The notes beneath the pieces are model-generated. The model did not search any database and was not told where the DNA came from. It was given only the letters and a program-made list of their open reading frames with translations. The position numbers and the translations under genes are program-made. A stretch of 64,000 nt of DNA from Eledone cirrhosa (Eukaryota), in the NCBI GenBank assembly GCA_964016885.1, contig OZ024758.1, forward strand, positions 21,762,001 through 21,826,000. Direction: 5' to 3'. This document shows positions 26,513 to 44,340 of this stretch, piece by piece (position 1 is the first letter of the stretch; every line of letters starts with the position of its first letter).

Positions 26513-27116
26513 TCAGGTCACCACTTGGTGCTACTGGTAACATGTATTCCATTACAACCTGTTCCATGGTCGGGTCGTTGGCGACTAAACTGGCAACCCC
26601 ACCAAGGTTTCTTGGTGAGGAGGGTGACTTTGGACATCCTGCAGGACTAAAAACAAAACCTGTCAAAGGGCAAAGGAACTCTTAAGAGTCAATGGCCATC
26701 CAAAATCACCGGGAGAGATGACCCCTTAGCCTTTGTCAAGGCAGAATTCTAGGAGAAGGAAAACTCTGATATAACACCTGCAACCCTGATGGTATCCAAT
26801 GATGTTGACTTGTTCTTCTTTTTGGTAAATATCATCTTGGTTAAGAGAGTGGGACTGGCTTTGTGCAGTGCCTTTGCTCACTATAAAAGCTTCACGGCAC
26901 AGGCATTGCTTTATATCTGGAGATCTCTCTGCACTTGTCCTCACATGGTACCATGGGCCCAGCACTGTGTCAATAATTGTCACAAGTGTAGTGTTTGTAC
27001 CAGAGTTTTCAAGTCGCTGGCTGGACTAAAAAGTCACACTCGTTCAGCGCTTCGGTAGGGGTTCTCCTACATGGATATAAAGTAGTGGCCGTACTCGAAA
27101 ACGAGTTGGCAGCCAC
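26513..27116 (+). mobile_element. Non-autonomous RTE-like element (other copies 26089-26418 +, 34365-34770 -, 58552-58757 -, diverged head ~62230-62400 -)
   Basis: Near-identical copies; 3' part encodes [22 protein letters not shown], a C2H2-like finger as seen at RTE C-termini; microsatellite tails. Confidence 0.65.
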
Positions 27117-27385
27117 TATATATATATATATATATATATACACACTATGTGTATATATATATATATATATATACTTATATATATACAGTTATATATATAT
27201 ACACATATATATATATATATATGTATACACACACGCGCACATATATATATATGTAGAAGTTATATTTAATTTATTGGAATTCCGACAAACATAAATGTTT
27301 ATAACTGATATAGAGCACTCAACAGATACTGGAGTAAATATTCCAAGATATTAATAAATGGAAACTATATTTATAAAACCATATT

Positions 27386-27450
27386 TATTTTATTATATAT
27401 ATTTCAAGGGCGACAAAGCCAATTTTGGTGCACTTTCATCAGATAAAATA
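27386..27450 (-). ncRNA. Family B HHR in a single-arm copy (~27253-27500)
   Basis: TATTTTAT-CTGATGA-AAGTGCACCAAA..TTTGTCGCCCTT-GAAA-TATATA-TA-ATAAAATA. Confidence 0.8.
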
Positions 27451-27515
27451 CAAAATTTGTTTTATAACTAACGACATACCCATGGAAATCAACCTTAACG
27501 GTTGGAAATTCACTG

Positions 27516-27552
<37 letters not shown>

Positions 27553-27779
27553 GTGTGTGTTTCTGTATATGTATACCATCTATCATAGACTTGTGTTGAC
27601 CAATACAATGACAGGCAAATTTTGTAGACGGAAACTGTGCAGAAGCCTGTCGTGTGTGTGTTAGCTTTGCCTTTTATGGTTGTGGGGTCGATAAAATAAA
27701 GTACCAATAGCGCACTTGGGTGGATTTAATCGATTATTCCCCTCCCCCAAATTGTTGGCCGCCACACTCATTGCTCATC

Positions 27780-28170
27780 CACACCGAGCACTCTCACCGC
27801 GACTCTTGCTGCCAAATCTCGCCGCCGACTATTCTCACCGTCACTCTCGCTGCCAACTCTCGCCGCCGACTATTCTCACCACCAATCTCGCTGCCAACTC
27901 TCGCTGCCAACTCTCACCGCCATCCTCGCTGCTCACTCTCACCGCCTTTTCCCGCCGCCACTCTCGCCACCAACTCTCGTCACCACTCTCGCCACCATCT
28001 CACATCACCACTCTCGCCACCACTGTCGCAGCCAGCTCTCACCGCCACTCTCACCACCGCCATTCTCGTCGCCACTCTCACCGCCATTCTAGAAGTGTCT
28101 TTCGCCGCCAGCCTCACCATCAACTCTCGCTGCCATTCTCGCTGCCAACTCACGCCGCCACTCTCACCTT
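27780..28170. repeat. Degenerate ~12-bp minisatellite (CTCTCGCCGCCA)
   Basis: Direct inspection. Confidence 0.8.
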
Positions 28171-28306
28171 AACTATCAGTTTTTAGCCTAGCTGATTCAG
28201 CCAATCTCACATATTTTTCATACAGTCCCCATTTGTTTTTAATTACTACACTGATTATGTTAACAATAGAAGTAATTAGTTTTAGATTTGTCCTTTCAAC
28301 TGCATT

Positions 28307-28346
<40 letters not shown>

Positions 28347-28352
<6 letters not shown>

Positions 28353-28530
28353 TCATAAAACATGTCTATAGAATCACAAGATAAAATATATACTATTTCC
28401 TCTCCCAATTAGCATAATTAACTATATTTTATCTTGTGATTCTATAGACATATTTTATGATATATAGCTCTGATTGTTTAATTTATTAATTTTTCATTGA
28501 GCCAAAAAGTGACCAGTTGCAAAACACGTA
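28347..28530. repeat. Small asymmetric fold-back between (TA)n
   Basis: Arms ~28347-28390 and ~28423-28466, plus ~65 nt extra on the right. Confidence 0.7.
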
Positions 28531-31760
<3,230 letters not shown>

Positions 31761-32216
31761 TTCCTCTGTTTCTATTTACTATTCATTTTTGTAAATTTAT
31801 TATTTACCATATCTCTCCTATGTATTTACTCGAATATAACAAAAACAAAATAAGTATATATTCCATCACCAAACAAAACAATATTTATCTTCAAATTATA
31901 ATTATCATTACATTCAGTCTACAAATTAGTAAATTGATTAGTTTATTTACTCAGTTTGTTAATGGATTAAACACTGATAATCCCTTACACTCTTCTTATC
32001 TCCCAATTTCTAGTTTAACTCTTCCAACCAACCCAAAGTGTTTGTCGTAGAAATTACCTAATACTACCAACAATAGCAGTGACTAAACTGGGTTTGGTTC
32101 TTTCAACTACTTCTTCATTATCTTGCAAATTTTTTTTTTTTCGTTATTTCTTTCTCTTTCTCTCTTTCTCTCTTTCTCTCTTTCTCTCTTTCTCTCTTTC
32201 TCTATCTCTCTCTCTA

Positions 32217-32304
<88 letters not shown>

Positions 32305-32347
32305 CAATAATATTAATAAATGGAAAATATCTATATAAAACCATATT

Positions 32348-32408
32348 TATTTTATTATACGTATTTCAAGGGTACTAATATTTTAGTACGCTTTCGTCAG
32401 ATAAAATA
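32348..32408 (-). ncRNA. Family B-like HHR
   Basis: TATTTTAT-CTGACGA-AAGCGTACTAA..TTAGTACCCTT-GAAA-TACGTA-TA-ATAAAATA; palindromic ATACGTAT. Confidence 0.85.
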
Positions 32409-32503
32409 TATATATATAACAACATACTGAATCTCCATCGTAACTACGACTGTTGAGAGCTTTCTCCTGTTTGCTTCTGTTTTTACCAAAACAATTACTT
32501 AGG

Positions 32504-32538
<35 letters not shown>

Positions 32539-32579
32539 CGATATTAAACAAATAGAAACTATATTTATAAAACCATATT

Positions 32580-32645
32580 TATTTCATTATACATATTTCA
32601 GGGATACCATATTAGAAATATGGCATGCCTTCTTCAGATAAAATA
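32580..32645 (-). ncRNA. Family B HHR
   Basis: TATTTTAT-CTGAAGA-AGGCATGCCATAT..ATATGGTATCCCT-GAAA-TATGTA-TA-ATGAAATA. Confidence 0.85.
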
Positions 32646-32699
32646 CAATATATAAGCAGTTTTATAAATAAATTTGACGTACATATATATATATATATA

Positions 32700-33420
32700 A
32701 TACAGATCGAAACTTAAGCTGATCAATAGCGAAACGCTATATACAGATCGAACCTTGAGATGATCAATAGCGAAACACGCGTCACCACTCAATAAGCGTA
32801 ATGAAGCAGACAGAAGTTTCACGCTGTTGACGATCATCAGAGCAACTTACTCCCCGCTTTCGCCGAAGATTATAGAAGCTGGATTCTTATAGAATTCCAG
32901 TAATAATCAGGAGCTGATTATACAGAGAGATTGCCAGTCCAGCAAAAATTAAGTATTAGCAATGGTGCTCTGAAATAGCGATGTATACATGAATGTATGT
33001 ATAGTATATTTGGCAATATACCGTATGTTTAATTATTAACATTTTGAACACCATACGCTATCAGTTTTAAAGCGGTGACTATGTCACTTCTTTTCTTCTA
33101 ATTTGTTGCTGGACATGCAATCGCTCTGTATAATCAGCTCCTGATTATTACTTGAATTCTATAAGAATCCAGCTTCTATATTCTTCGGCGAAAGCGAGGA
33201 GTACGTTGCGCTGATGATCGCCAACAGCGTGAAACAGACAGTTTGTTAGCTTCTCTCCCTTCTTTCGCCGAAGAAAAGAAGTGACATAGTCACTGCTTTA
33301 AAACTGATAGCGTATGGTCTTCCATTTTTTTTTTAATTAAGCATGCAGTATATTGCCAAATATACTATACATACATTCATATATAAATCGGTATTTCAGA
33401 ACAGCACCAATCCTAATACC
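32700..33420. mobile_element. Family C HHR element: permuted head-to-head pair
   Basis: + strand reads A(33098-)-HHR-B(-33418); - strand reads B(33097-32954)-A(32953-)-HHR; flanked by (TA)n. Confidence 0.75.
33183..33273 (+). ncRNA. Family C type I HHR with extended stem I
   Basis: CTGATGA at 33211, stem II CGC/GCG, GAAA at 33231, outer helix CTTCGGCGAAAG/CTTTCGCCGAAG (12 bp). Confidence 0.7.
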
Positions 33421-33426
33421 TATATA

Positions 33427-33465
<39 letters not shown>

Positions 33466-33572
33466 TCACTCTCACTAAGCGTAAGCGTGAAACTAATAAT
33501 ATTTGTAACATTTACTCCAGCTTCTGTCTGCTTTTTATTTTTGTTTTTTTTTTGTTTTCTGATTTTCCGAAC

Positions 33573-33610
<38 letters not shown>

Positions 33611-33978
33611 GGGGCAGAGAAAAACATATATCAATCAATAGATAGATACATGTGGGTGTGGGTGAGTTTGTAGCAGAAGGAAGTGGTGGAGGGGCTACGT
33701 TCATATTTTTCCATTTAAGGTATTTTCAGTTTTTACTTTATGTATTTTCTGCGGCAATCATATCAGTTTTTATATCCTCCTTACTTTAGTCTTGCAATCA
33801 CCACTTCCACATTAATATGTCATGCTTCATTGACCTAGCGAGGATTCATGAAATTTTTATGAAAGCTTCAATCTAATTGGTTAATTAGATAACTGAAATC
33901 TTGTGAAGAGAGAGAGAATATTTACTGCTCTGCAAAATATTTCGTATTTTTATTTGCAGTTTATATATATATATATAT

Positions 33979-34048
<70 letters not shown>

Positions 34049-34060
34049 ATATATTATATG

Positions 34061-34143
<83 letters not shown>

Positions 34144-36276
34144 TTAGAAGATTTAAAACAGATATGGAAAAATGAAGATACTAAATATCATAAGGCAATT
34201 AATTACAGCTGTAAATTAATGATACGCATACACACACACACGTATATATATGTGCGTATGTGTGCATATATATATATATACATACATATATCACATCCAC
34301 ACATACATATATACTACTTACGCATACATACATACATACATACATACATACATACATACATACATGGTGGCTGCTAACTCGTTTTCGAGTACGGCCACTA
34401 CTTTATATCCATGTAGCAGAACCACTAACGATGCGCTGAACGAGTGTGACTTTTAATCCACCTAGCGACTTGAAAACTCTGGTACAAACACTACACTTGT
34501 GACAATCATTGACACATAGTGCTGGGCCCATGGTACCATGTGACGACAAGTGCAGAGAGATCTCCAGATATAAAGCAATGCCTGTGCCGTGAAGTTTTTA
34601 TAGTGAGCAAAGGAACTGCACAAAGCCAGTCCCACTCTCTTAACCAAGATGATATTTACCAAAAAGAAGAACAAGTCAACATCACTGGATACCATCAGGG
34701 TTGCAGGTGTTATATCAGAGTTTTCCTTCTCCTAGAATTCTGCCTTGACAAAGGCTAAGGGGTCATCTTTCACATACATACATACATACATACATACATA
34801 CATAAACTGAGTAACCAGAAAATGTAGCACACGAATAAGAGAATTATGGTCTCCTGAATTCTTTGCTGACAATAAAACAGTGGCTCACAATATATTTGCT
34901 GCAACTGTGCTGAAACCAACATTTGGACATTTTGATTGGACGCTAGATGGTTTCAAGGTCAATATAAAAGGAACCAGTTTAGTACTGGGGTCAAATTCTT
35001 CCTTTATAACTCTTTTTTTACTTCCCTTTCTCTGACTTGATATCCTTCTCTGGAAGACATCTGTTCTGTTCAGACATGGCGAAGGATGGGTTCCGCGAGG
35101 CTTAAAATTTCGAGGAAATGTATCCCATTACTGCGCCTCTTAAAGACTGAATCTGGAGTTACGGGACCAATCATGCAATATATATTACAACACTCAGTTA
35201 GCCCTTAATGATAACAAAGCCACTAGTTTTTAAGAAGATATTTGTAACCTTGCTATCGTCTCATATTTACTTACATTTCCATAGTGTATAAATATATCTA
35301 ATATTTCTGTTTTTATTGACTAACGTATAATGTAATATTACTCATAACAAAATCAGATTCTTCATAACATTTGGACTTACCTATATCTTAGTATCAGTTC
35401 TTGTCGATATTTCTTACAGATTTGCAGATAATCTAACATTTTGGAAATACTATTTTCGTTTCCAGATATCTGACATCCCCAAAATGAAAATAAATCAAAA
35501 AAGTACGAAACTATTCAGACATATAAACATACGCCCAGATAGGTATGTGTGTATAGATAAACTATGGAGACATAACAAAACAAAAAGATGGTAAATTTGA
35601 GAAAAGTCTCACTTATTTGATTGATGAATTCTAGAGAATTGCAACTTTTTTAAAAGTAGAATATCTAGCCAAAACTATCGAAATATCTTCTTGTTTGCAC
35701 ATCGCTGGAGAATAAATAATTGGAAATATATAAACATGGAGGATAAATTTTAATTTAAGAAAAGACATAAGGAAGGGAAAAATCAACATCTATAAAATGT
35801 TTGCCACTCTGACGCAGTTTCCAATGTTTAGGTGATTTAGATATATAGCTTTTAGACTGGTCCACTATTTTCTCTTTTCCAAATGTATCATCATATATGT
35901 AACTGGTTGTCTCTGATTGCGTAATTCAAATTTACTTCATTATTCAAGTATTTAAATATAATATAACTTCACTATAAAATTAAGTTAAGATTGTATTTAA
36001 AATGATACAGAAAGGCATATTTTTTAGAATAATTATTTCTGCGTTTGTTTATATTCTGTCCGGTGAAGAAGTGCAAACACCAATACTCTTGAGATTTGCT
36101 ATAGTTAAGGATAATACCGAATATTTGAAGCTAAAGTTCTTGCGGGAATAAAGGAAATAGAGATGTACAGAAAAATATAATTCCGTGAATAAAGAAATTT
36201 AGGAAATAGATACATTAGCACTGTTAAGGCTAAAAACTATAACCCATTATATTTTGGCTGCGCATATATACATATA

Positions 36277-36338
<62 letters not shown>

Positions 36339-36401
36339 ATATTTGGGTATATATATATTCATATATATATATATATATATCCATATTTGGGTATATATAT
36401 A

Positions 36402-36446
<45 letters not shown>

Positions 36447-36556
36447 TTATACACACACACACGCACATATATACATATATATATGCATATACATATACAT
36501 GTTTGTGTATATATATTTATATATATATATAAATTTATAAACACACACATATATAT

Positions 36557-36670
<114 letters not shown>

Positions 36671-36782
36671 TTATATATATATAAATATACATTTATATAC
36701 ATAACTATACATATATACACACACTCATATACATGTTTGTGTATATATATATTTATATATATATACATTTATAAACACACAC

Positions 36783-36822
<40 letters not shown>

Positions 36823-37079
36823 CCCAAATTTCATCATATTCTATTATATTAACTTTTCGTTGTATGTCAATCATTATAATTTATTAGATTGAAATTGGTA
36901 ATGGCATCGTTTTCTATAATTTAGTTACTAGGACGTCTTATTTTTGTAATTATTTAAACCATATTATCTGCACAAATTGTTGAAGGCTGAGTCATATACA
37001 TTTTGGAAACGTGTTATAATTTTGCCACATACACATACAAACACACGCCGAAGAACACACACACACAGATACGTGTGTA

Positions 37080-37109
<30 letters not shown>

Positions 37110-37111
<2 letters not shown>

Positions 37112-37303
37112 GGAAAAGGTATGACCCTGACGGCAGAGCTCAAGCTGTTTCGACTGCTATTTCTGGAGTCCAGAAATAGCAGTCGAAACGGCTTGAGCCC
37201 TGCCGTCGGCGTCATACCTTTTCCTATTACCCACTCTACTACCCTAAGTATTGAGTACTCTGGTGCGTTATGATCCATTTGGTTCCTTACCACAATTCTT
37301 TTG

Positions 37304-37306
<3 letters not shown>
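37110..37306. mobile_element. Family D asymmetric hairpin in (TA)n (other copies 39628-39789 and 45011-45183)
   Basis: Short arm ends at TTCCTA in both hairpin copies; long arm continues ~80-90 nt; GAAACGGC(C/T) half-motif. Confidence 0.7.
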
Positions 37307-37345
<39 letters not shown>

Positions 37346-37546
37346 CAACTAGAAATTGATTAACATATAAATAAACATATGAAACAATCACAGGGGATAA
37401 TTTTTACAAGTGTGTAAGCACACATAGCTAGGTAGGTAACTAAATATAGTTAACTAGAACTTCAAAAATAGGTACCTTATAGTATATATTGTCTTTGCAC
37501 CACTCCCCTTCACACTCTCGGAACTCTTTTCCTGTCCACTTTTCTC

Positions 37547-37574
37547 CTGATGAAGGGCTTATGCCCGAAACGTC
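37547..37574 (+). ncRNA. Minimal HHR core, family E (stem I lost)
   Basis: CTGATGA-A-GGGC-TTAT-GCCC-GAAA-CG-TC; palindromic ACGT. Confidence 0.7.
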
Positions 37575-37711
37575 ATCCCCCCCCCCCCCTCCCGCCTTCG
37601 TTAAGACGCTCTTCCTGCTATATCAAGCGTTAACCTAATATATACCTTCCCTATACTGTACCGGTTGTGTTGTTATTTCTGTTTACCTTTTACATACATA
37701 TATATATACAC

Positions 37712-38270
37712 TATTAATAAATGGAAACTATATTTATAAAACCATATTTATTTCATTATATATATTTCAAGGATACCAAGTTAAATCATGGTATGCCTTC
37801 ATCAGACAAAATACAATATATAACAGTTTTACTGTTATATATTGTATTTATTGTTTTACTGTTATATATTGTATTTTGTCTGATGAAGGCATACCATGAT
37901 TTAACTTGGTATCCTTGAAATATATATAATGAAAGAAATATGGTTTTATAAATATAGTTTCCATTTATTAATACTGTATATCTACTCCAAATATTTGTCG
38001 AGTGCTTTATATCAGTTATAATAATTGTTTCTACTTTAGGCACAAGGCCAGCAATAATTACAGTGCATTACTGGTACTTTATTTTATCGACCCCGTAAGG
38101 ATGAAAGGCAAAGTTAACCTCGGCGGGATTTGAACTCAGATCATAAAGGGAGGTAACTCTATGCTTCAAAGCATGGCGTCCGACCCTTACCGATACTGCC
38201 AATCCACCGCCCTATATCAGTTATAATAATATTTGCTTGTTGTATCCCAACAATTTAAATAGAACTTTTG
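37712..38270. mobile_element. HHR hairpin element, family B; HHRs at 37749-37813 (-) and 37872-37936 (+)
   Basis: Inverted arms ~37712-37827 and ~37858-37973; long right arm interrupted by a SINE; stem III ATATATAT. Confidence 0.85.
38026..38212 (-). mobile_element. Full-length main-family SINE with TSD
   Basis: TATATCAGTTATAATAAT at 38008-38025 and 38213-38230. Confidence 0.92.
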
Positions 38271-39630
<1,360 letters not shown>

Positions 39631-39804
39631 TAATGACTACTGGCTTATTTCGGATCTAGCTGTTGAAACGGCCGGAGCTCAGCCGTCGTGGTCCTGACTC
39701 TTTTTCCTATTACCCACTCTACTACCCCAAGTATCGAGTACTCTGGTGGGTTTTGGTCTACCTTGTAGCTTACCACGCTTTCTTTGTTATATATATATAT
39801 ATCT

Positions 39805-40100
39805 AAGGCGGGTAAAATTCCCGAGATCCATGGACGAGTTCTCTCCAGCGGTCTCTGTCCCTCATTATCGCTGCCATGTCCTGCGTCTCCAACAGACCAG
39901 TGTCTGTCCTTGGGGCATCAACATACGTTAACCTTGGTCTGCCTCTTCTAGTGTGTCCATGTAGGGGCTCCCAAAGGAGCACTGAGTGCAATGTCAACTC
40001 TGGATGTCGAGTGAGCATGTCCAGCCAACCTCAGTCTCCTCTGTGTCACTTTTGAGCTGACTTTTGGGATGCTCCCATACAGCTCTGAGTTTTTCATCCT
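39805..40100 (-). mobile_element. RTE/RTE-X-like LINE 3' fragment
   Basis: NSELYGSIPKVSSKVTQRRLRLAGH / RHPEL..VLLWEPLHGHTRRGRPRLTYVD..MRDRDRWRELV across a frameshift. Confidence 0.75.
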
Positions 40101-40127
40101 CAGTGTATATATAATATAGATTATTAT

Positions 40128-40183
<56 letters not shown>

Positions 40184-40184
40184 T

Positions 40185-40224
<40 letters not shown>

Positions 40225-40225
40225 T

Positions 40226-40278
<53 letters not shown>

Positions 40279-40407
40279 GAAGTTATATTTAATTTGTTGG
40301 GATACAACAAGCAAATATTTTTAAAACTGATATAAAGCACTCAACAAATTTTTGGAGTAAAAATACAATATATTAACAAATGGAAACTATATTTATAAAA
40401 CCATATT

Positions 40408-40472
40408 TATTTCATTATACATATTTCAAAGACACCAAAGCAAATTATGGTGCGCTTTCATCAGATAAAATA
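40408..40472 (-). ncRNA. Family B HHR in a single-arm copy (~40276-40550)
   Basis: TATTTTAT-CTGATGA-AAGCGCACCA..TGGTGTCTTT-GAAA-TATGTA-TA-ATGAAATA. Confidence 0.82.
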
Positions 40473-40549
40473 TAATATAGATCAGTTTTATAAACAAATA
40501 TTGACATACCCTTAAAGAATGCGACCATGTCGGTAGTAAGCTCCCAAAT

Positions 40550-40604
<55 letters not shown>

Positions 40605-41062
40605 AGTAAGTAAGTTAATTTTTAATTTTTTTAAATTTCTTATTTTACGTCTTTCATATAATTGTTCTGCATCCCCCTGCATTGAACCACCTAGGTACTT
40701 TGACATAACTTATATATTTACTAGTATTAGTGTACATCTGTACGCATATGTTGGTAGATGTATTAATTCTAGATATATATATATATATATATATATAATA
40801 GATTTGCTTATCTGTCTACTGACATATATTAAATATGACCTATTAGTTCGGTCAGCGAGTGACGTACGTTATTGCTAATATAGATTTCTATCTTTGGTAA
40901 AAAGCCAAGAATTTGAAAGAGAACGTGAGAGGTATATTCGGTTGAATCGATGATAGTATATGACTGATATTTATTATATAAACCCCGAAGGGATATAAAG
41001 TAAAAATTATATTTGGTTGTATTTGAATTTAGAATTGAAATGGCTAAGTTCACCTCGCCAGG

Positions 41063-41855
41063 ATCTGAGTTCAAATCCCAACGACGTTAACTTTGTCTTT
41101 CATCCTTACGGGGTCGATAAAATAAAATACCAGTAATGCACTGGGATAATTGCTGGCCTTGTGCCAAATGTAGAACCAATTATTATTATTGTTATTCTCC
41201 TTCTTTCTCTTCTTCTTCTTCTTCTTCTTCTTCTTCCTGAATTCAAGTTTCACCAAGGTCAGCTTTGCTTTTCCTCCTTACGGAGTCGAGAAAATAAAGT
41301 ACCGGTCACGCACTGGGGTCGATATAATCAACCCCCCGCCCCTAAATTGCTGACTTTGTGCCTAAATTAGAAACAATTCTTCTCCTTTTTTTCTTTTTTT
41401 TTCTTCTTTTTTCTTCTTCATCTTTTTTCTTCTTCTTGAGTTCAAATCCCACCGAGATTGGCTTTGTCTTTCATCCTTAAGGGGTCGATAAAATAAAGTA
41501 CCAGTAATGCACTGGGACAGTTCTTGGCCTTGTGCCAAAAGTAGAAACAATTATTATTTACAAACTCCGAAGGGATATAAAGTAAAATTATATCTGGTTG
41601 TATTTGAATTTAGAACTGAAATGGACGTAACGAAACAATGGTTTCTGATTTAGGCACAAGGCCAGAAATTTTGGAGGAGGAGAAAGTCGATTAAATCGAC
41701 CCCAATACATTACTGGTACTTTATTTTATCAACCCCGTAAGGATGAAAGGCAAAGCTAACCTCGGCAGTAATTGAACTCAGATCGTAAAGAGGTGTAACC
41801 CTATGCTATAAAGCATGTTGTCCGACGCTCTACCGATACTGCCAATCCACCACCC
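41063..41855. mobile_element. Cluster of four main-family SINE copies (3 +, 1 -)
   Basis: Repeated GAGTTCAAATCC..GGGGTCGATAAAATAAA body. Confidence 0.8.
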
Positions 41856-43111
41856 TCACGTAAAGAAATATTGACAGTATTTTTGTCCTGTATTATACTC
41901 TCGCCATACTTTTTCGTTCATTTTCTCAATATTATTAATATAAAATCTGCACTGCAACGCATTGTGGTTTATGAAGTGTTATCAACTTATTAAGGCTAAA
42001 AATTATTATTCTCTATGATGAAATAAACCTAATCATTTCTATATTGTTTTTCGGGAAAGGCCATTTGAAGTCACAAAGCAAATGGAAGGATTTGAGATTT
42101 TTAATCAGAGAGTTGTTTATGAGCAGTAGAACGGTCGTATAATTTTGATTTATGTGGGTGATAAATTTGTGTTTACGTTACCAGATAATCAGAACCAATT
42201 TTACGGTTGACTGCTGGTTCTTTTTAATGGTGGATGTGTAAGTTAGTCCAGTAATGTTAAGATTGTAAGTTAAACGTGGAGTAATGTAATCAGCGTTGGA
42301 GGTGGTCTCCATGATTGGAATATTAGAGAAGAAATATTCTGAGTGTCACAAGCGAATAAATTCTTGGAGATCAGAGTTAGTGCATTATTTATTTTTCTAT
42401 TTTCATGAAAAGCAATTGTGCATTCAATTGAAAATACGTAACCTAAATAATTAAGTTAGATGTAGTTAATATTTCTCAGCCTCAAGTTGTAAATTTTTAG
42501 TGTGAATTCAGTAGAACTCTTACTGATGTTAATACAGAAATTAGATTTTTATAAATTTCTTTAAAATACAGCAACTTTGGTGTAAGCTAGCAATAAATTT
42601 TGTTTCATAGGAACTAGTATTTCGGGTTGGAAAAAGATAGACATGAATTAAATATTCATCAAACCGTCATTATCAATAATCGTCTCTTAAAATTGAAGTA
42701 GATAAAATTGATCAGTAACTGTAAAGCTGACATATGTACGAAAGTATATAATTTCATGGAGCAATATTTAGTATGAATATCAAGTTAAGTGCAAAGTGTT
42801 TCCCGTTGATGCTTTTAAGAACACCCGATTTGTATGTACTAAATGACTGATAAAATTAGTGTGCTCAGTGTTTGTAGAGTATGAAAAAGCACAATTTATT
42901 GATATAACACCAAGTTAAAAGCTAAAATCGATGGACTTCAATAAGCGTTTTAATTCTTTAATTGTGTCTGTTCTTCCGCTTTAATGTTCTCACAACTATC
43001 TTTTACCTGAAACCAATAACTCATAAAACAGTCTTTGTTTTATGTTCTTCATATTTCGTTGTTGTTCCTATAGTTTTCGCTTTTTCTATTAGATATTTTC
43101 GTAAAATTACA

Positions 43112-43146
<35 letters not shown>

Positions 43147-43203
43147 TTCCGCCCTGCCAGTCTCTCCTCAATCTTTCTATTTCTTCTTTAATTTCTCATT
43201 CTA

Positions 43204-43239
43204 TCTTCTGATGAAGGACTAGCGTCCGAAACGTTAAGA
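43204..43239 (+). ncRNA. Minimal type I HHR, family E
   Basis: TCTT-CTGATGA-A-GGAC-TAGC-GTCC-GAAA-CG-TT-AAGA; element 43145-43328 lies between (TA)n. Confidence 0.82.
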
Positions 43240-43476
43240 CTCTTTTCCTACTATATCAAGCATAAAACTAATATATTTCTTCATTGTACTGTGTCGTTTG
43301 CTTTGATATTTCTGTTTGCTTTTTGCATATATATATATATATATAATATATATATAATAATAATAATAATTGTTTCTATTTTAGGCACAAGGCCAGCAAT
43401 TACTTTATTTTATAGACTCTGTAAGGATGAAAGGAAAAGTTAACCTCGGCGGGATTTAAATTCAGATCATAAAGGG

Positions 43477-43514
<38 letters not shown>

Positions 43515-44340
43515 TGTTTCTACTTTAGGCACAAGGCCAGCAATTATCCAGTGCATTACTGGTACTAATAATAATAATAATAAATATGAAGACTAAAATC
43601 CGAAGAGGGCTCGATAAGGATTATATATATAATAAGAACAAATTAAAGTTTAAGCAAAGAATCGCCGCTTATATATGTATATATAAGTTGTCGGGACTGC
43701 TCGTACCGGTTGCATTCCGAGTTCAAATCCCACTGAAGTTGACTTTGCTTTTCATCCTTCCGGGGCCAATAAAATAGAGTACCAGTTAAATACTGGGGTC
43801 TATTTAATTGTCTATGCTCTCCCACCCAAATTGTGAAGGCGCATGGCTTAGTGGTTAGAGCTTGCAATCGAAAGGTTGTGAGTTCAATTCTCGGACCGGG
43901 TGATGTGTTGTTTCCTTGAGCAAGACACTTTATTTCACATTGCTCCAGTTTACTCAGCTGTAGAAATGAGATGATAGGACTGGGGTCCCTATCATTAAAT
44001 TACCCAAGACACCTCCAGCGAGATATAGCTTGGAGGAGACCAGCTAAACCTGCAATGGTGGGAGCTGTCACACACCCAAATCTGTGACCTTTGTGTTTAA
44101 GTAAGCAATCACTATTAATGTAGTTGGTGTCGGGAATGTGAAATGAAGAGCTTCTCATATTTAGTTATTTCTTCTTATGTTCTGAGTTCAAATTAAACTG
44201 GGGTAAAATTCCACGCGCTTCTTTCAGGAAATTAAATAATATGCACTTGGTAAAATTTAATTAAGATACCCCCCCCCTCCCCTCCTTTTATAAATGTGTG
44301 ACGACTAGAAATTGTTCTTCCAACTTTAGAAATTGTCATT

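Noticed and set aside
35381-35469. Possible minus-strand exon (open frame ISGNENSISKMLDYLQICKKYRQELILRY, GTAAGT donor)
   Set aside because: Short, weak acceptor, no recognisable homology, no partner exons.
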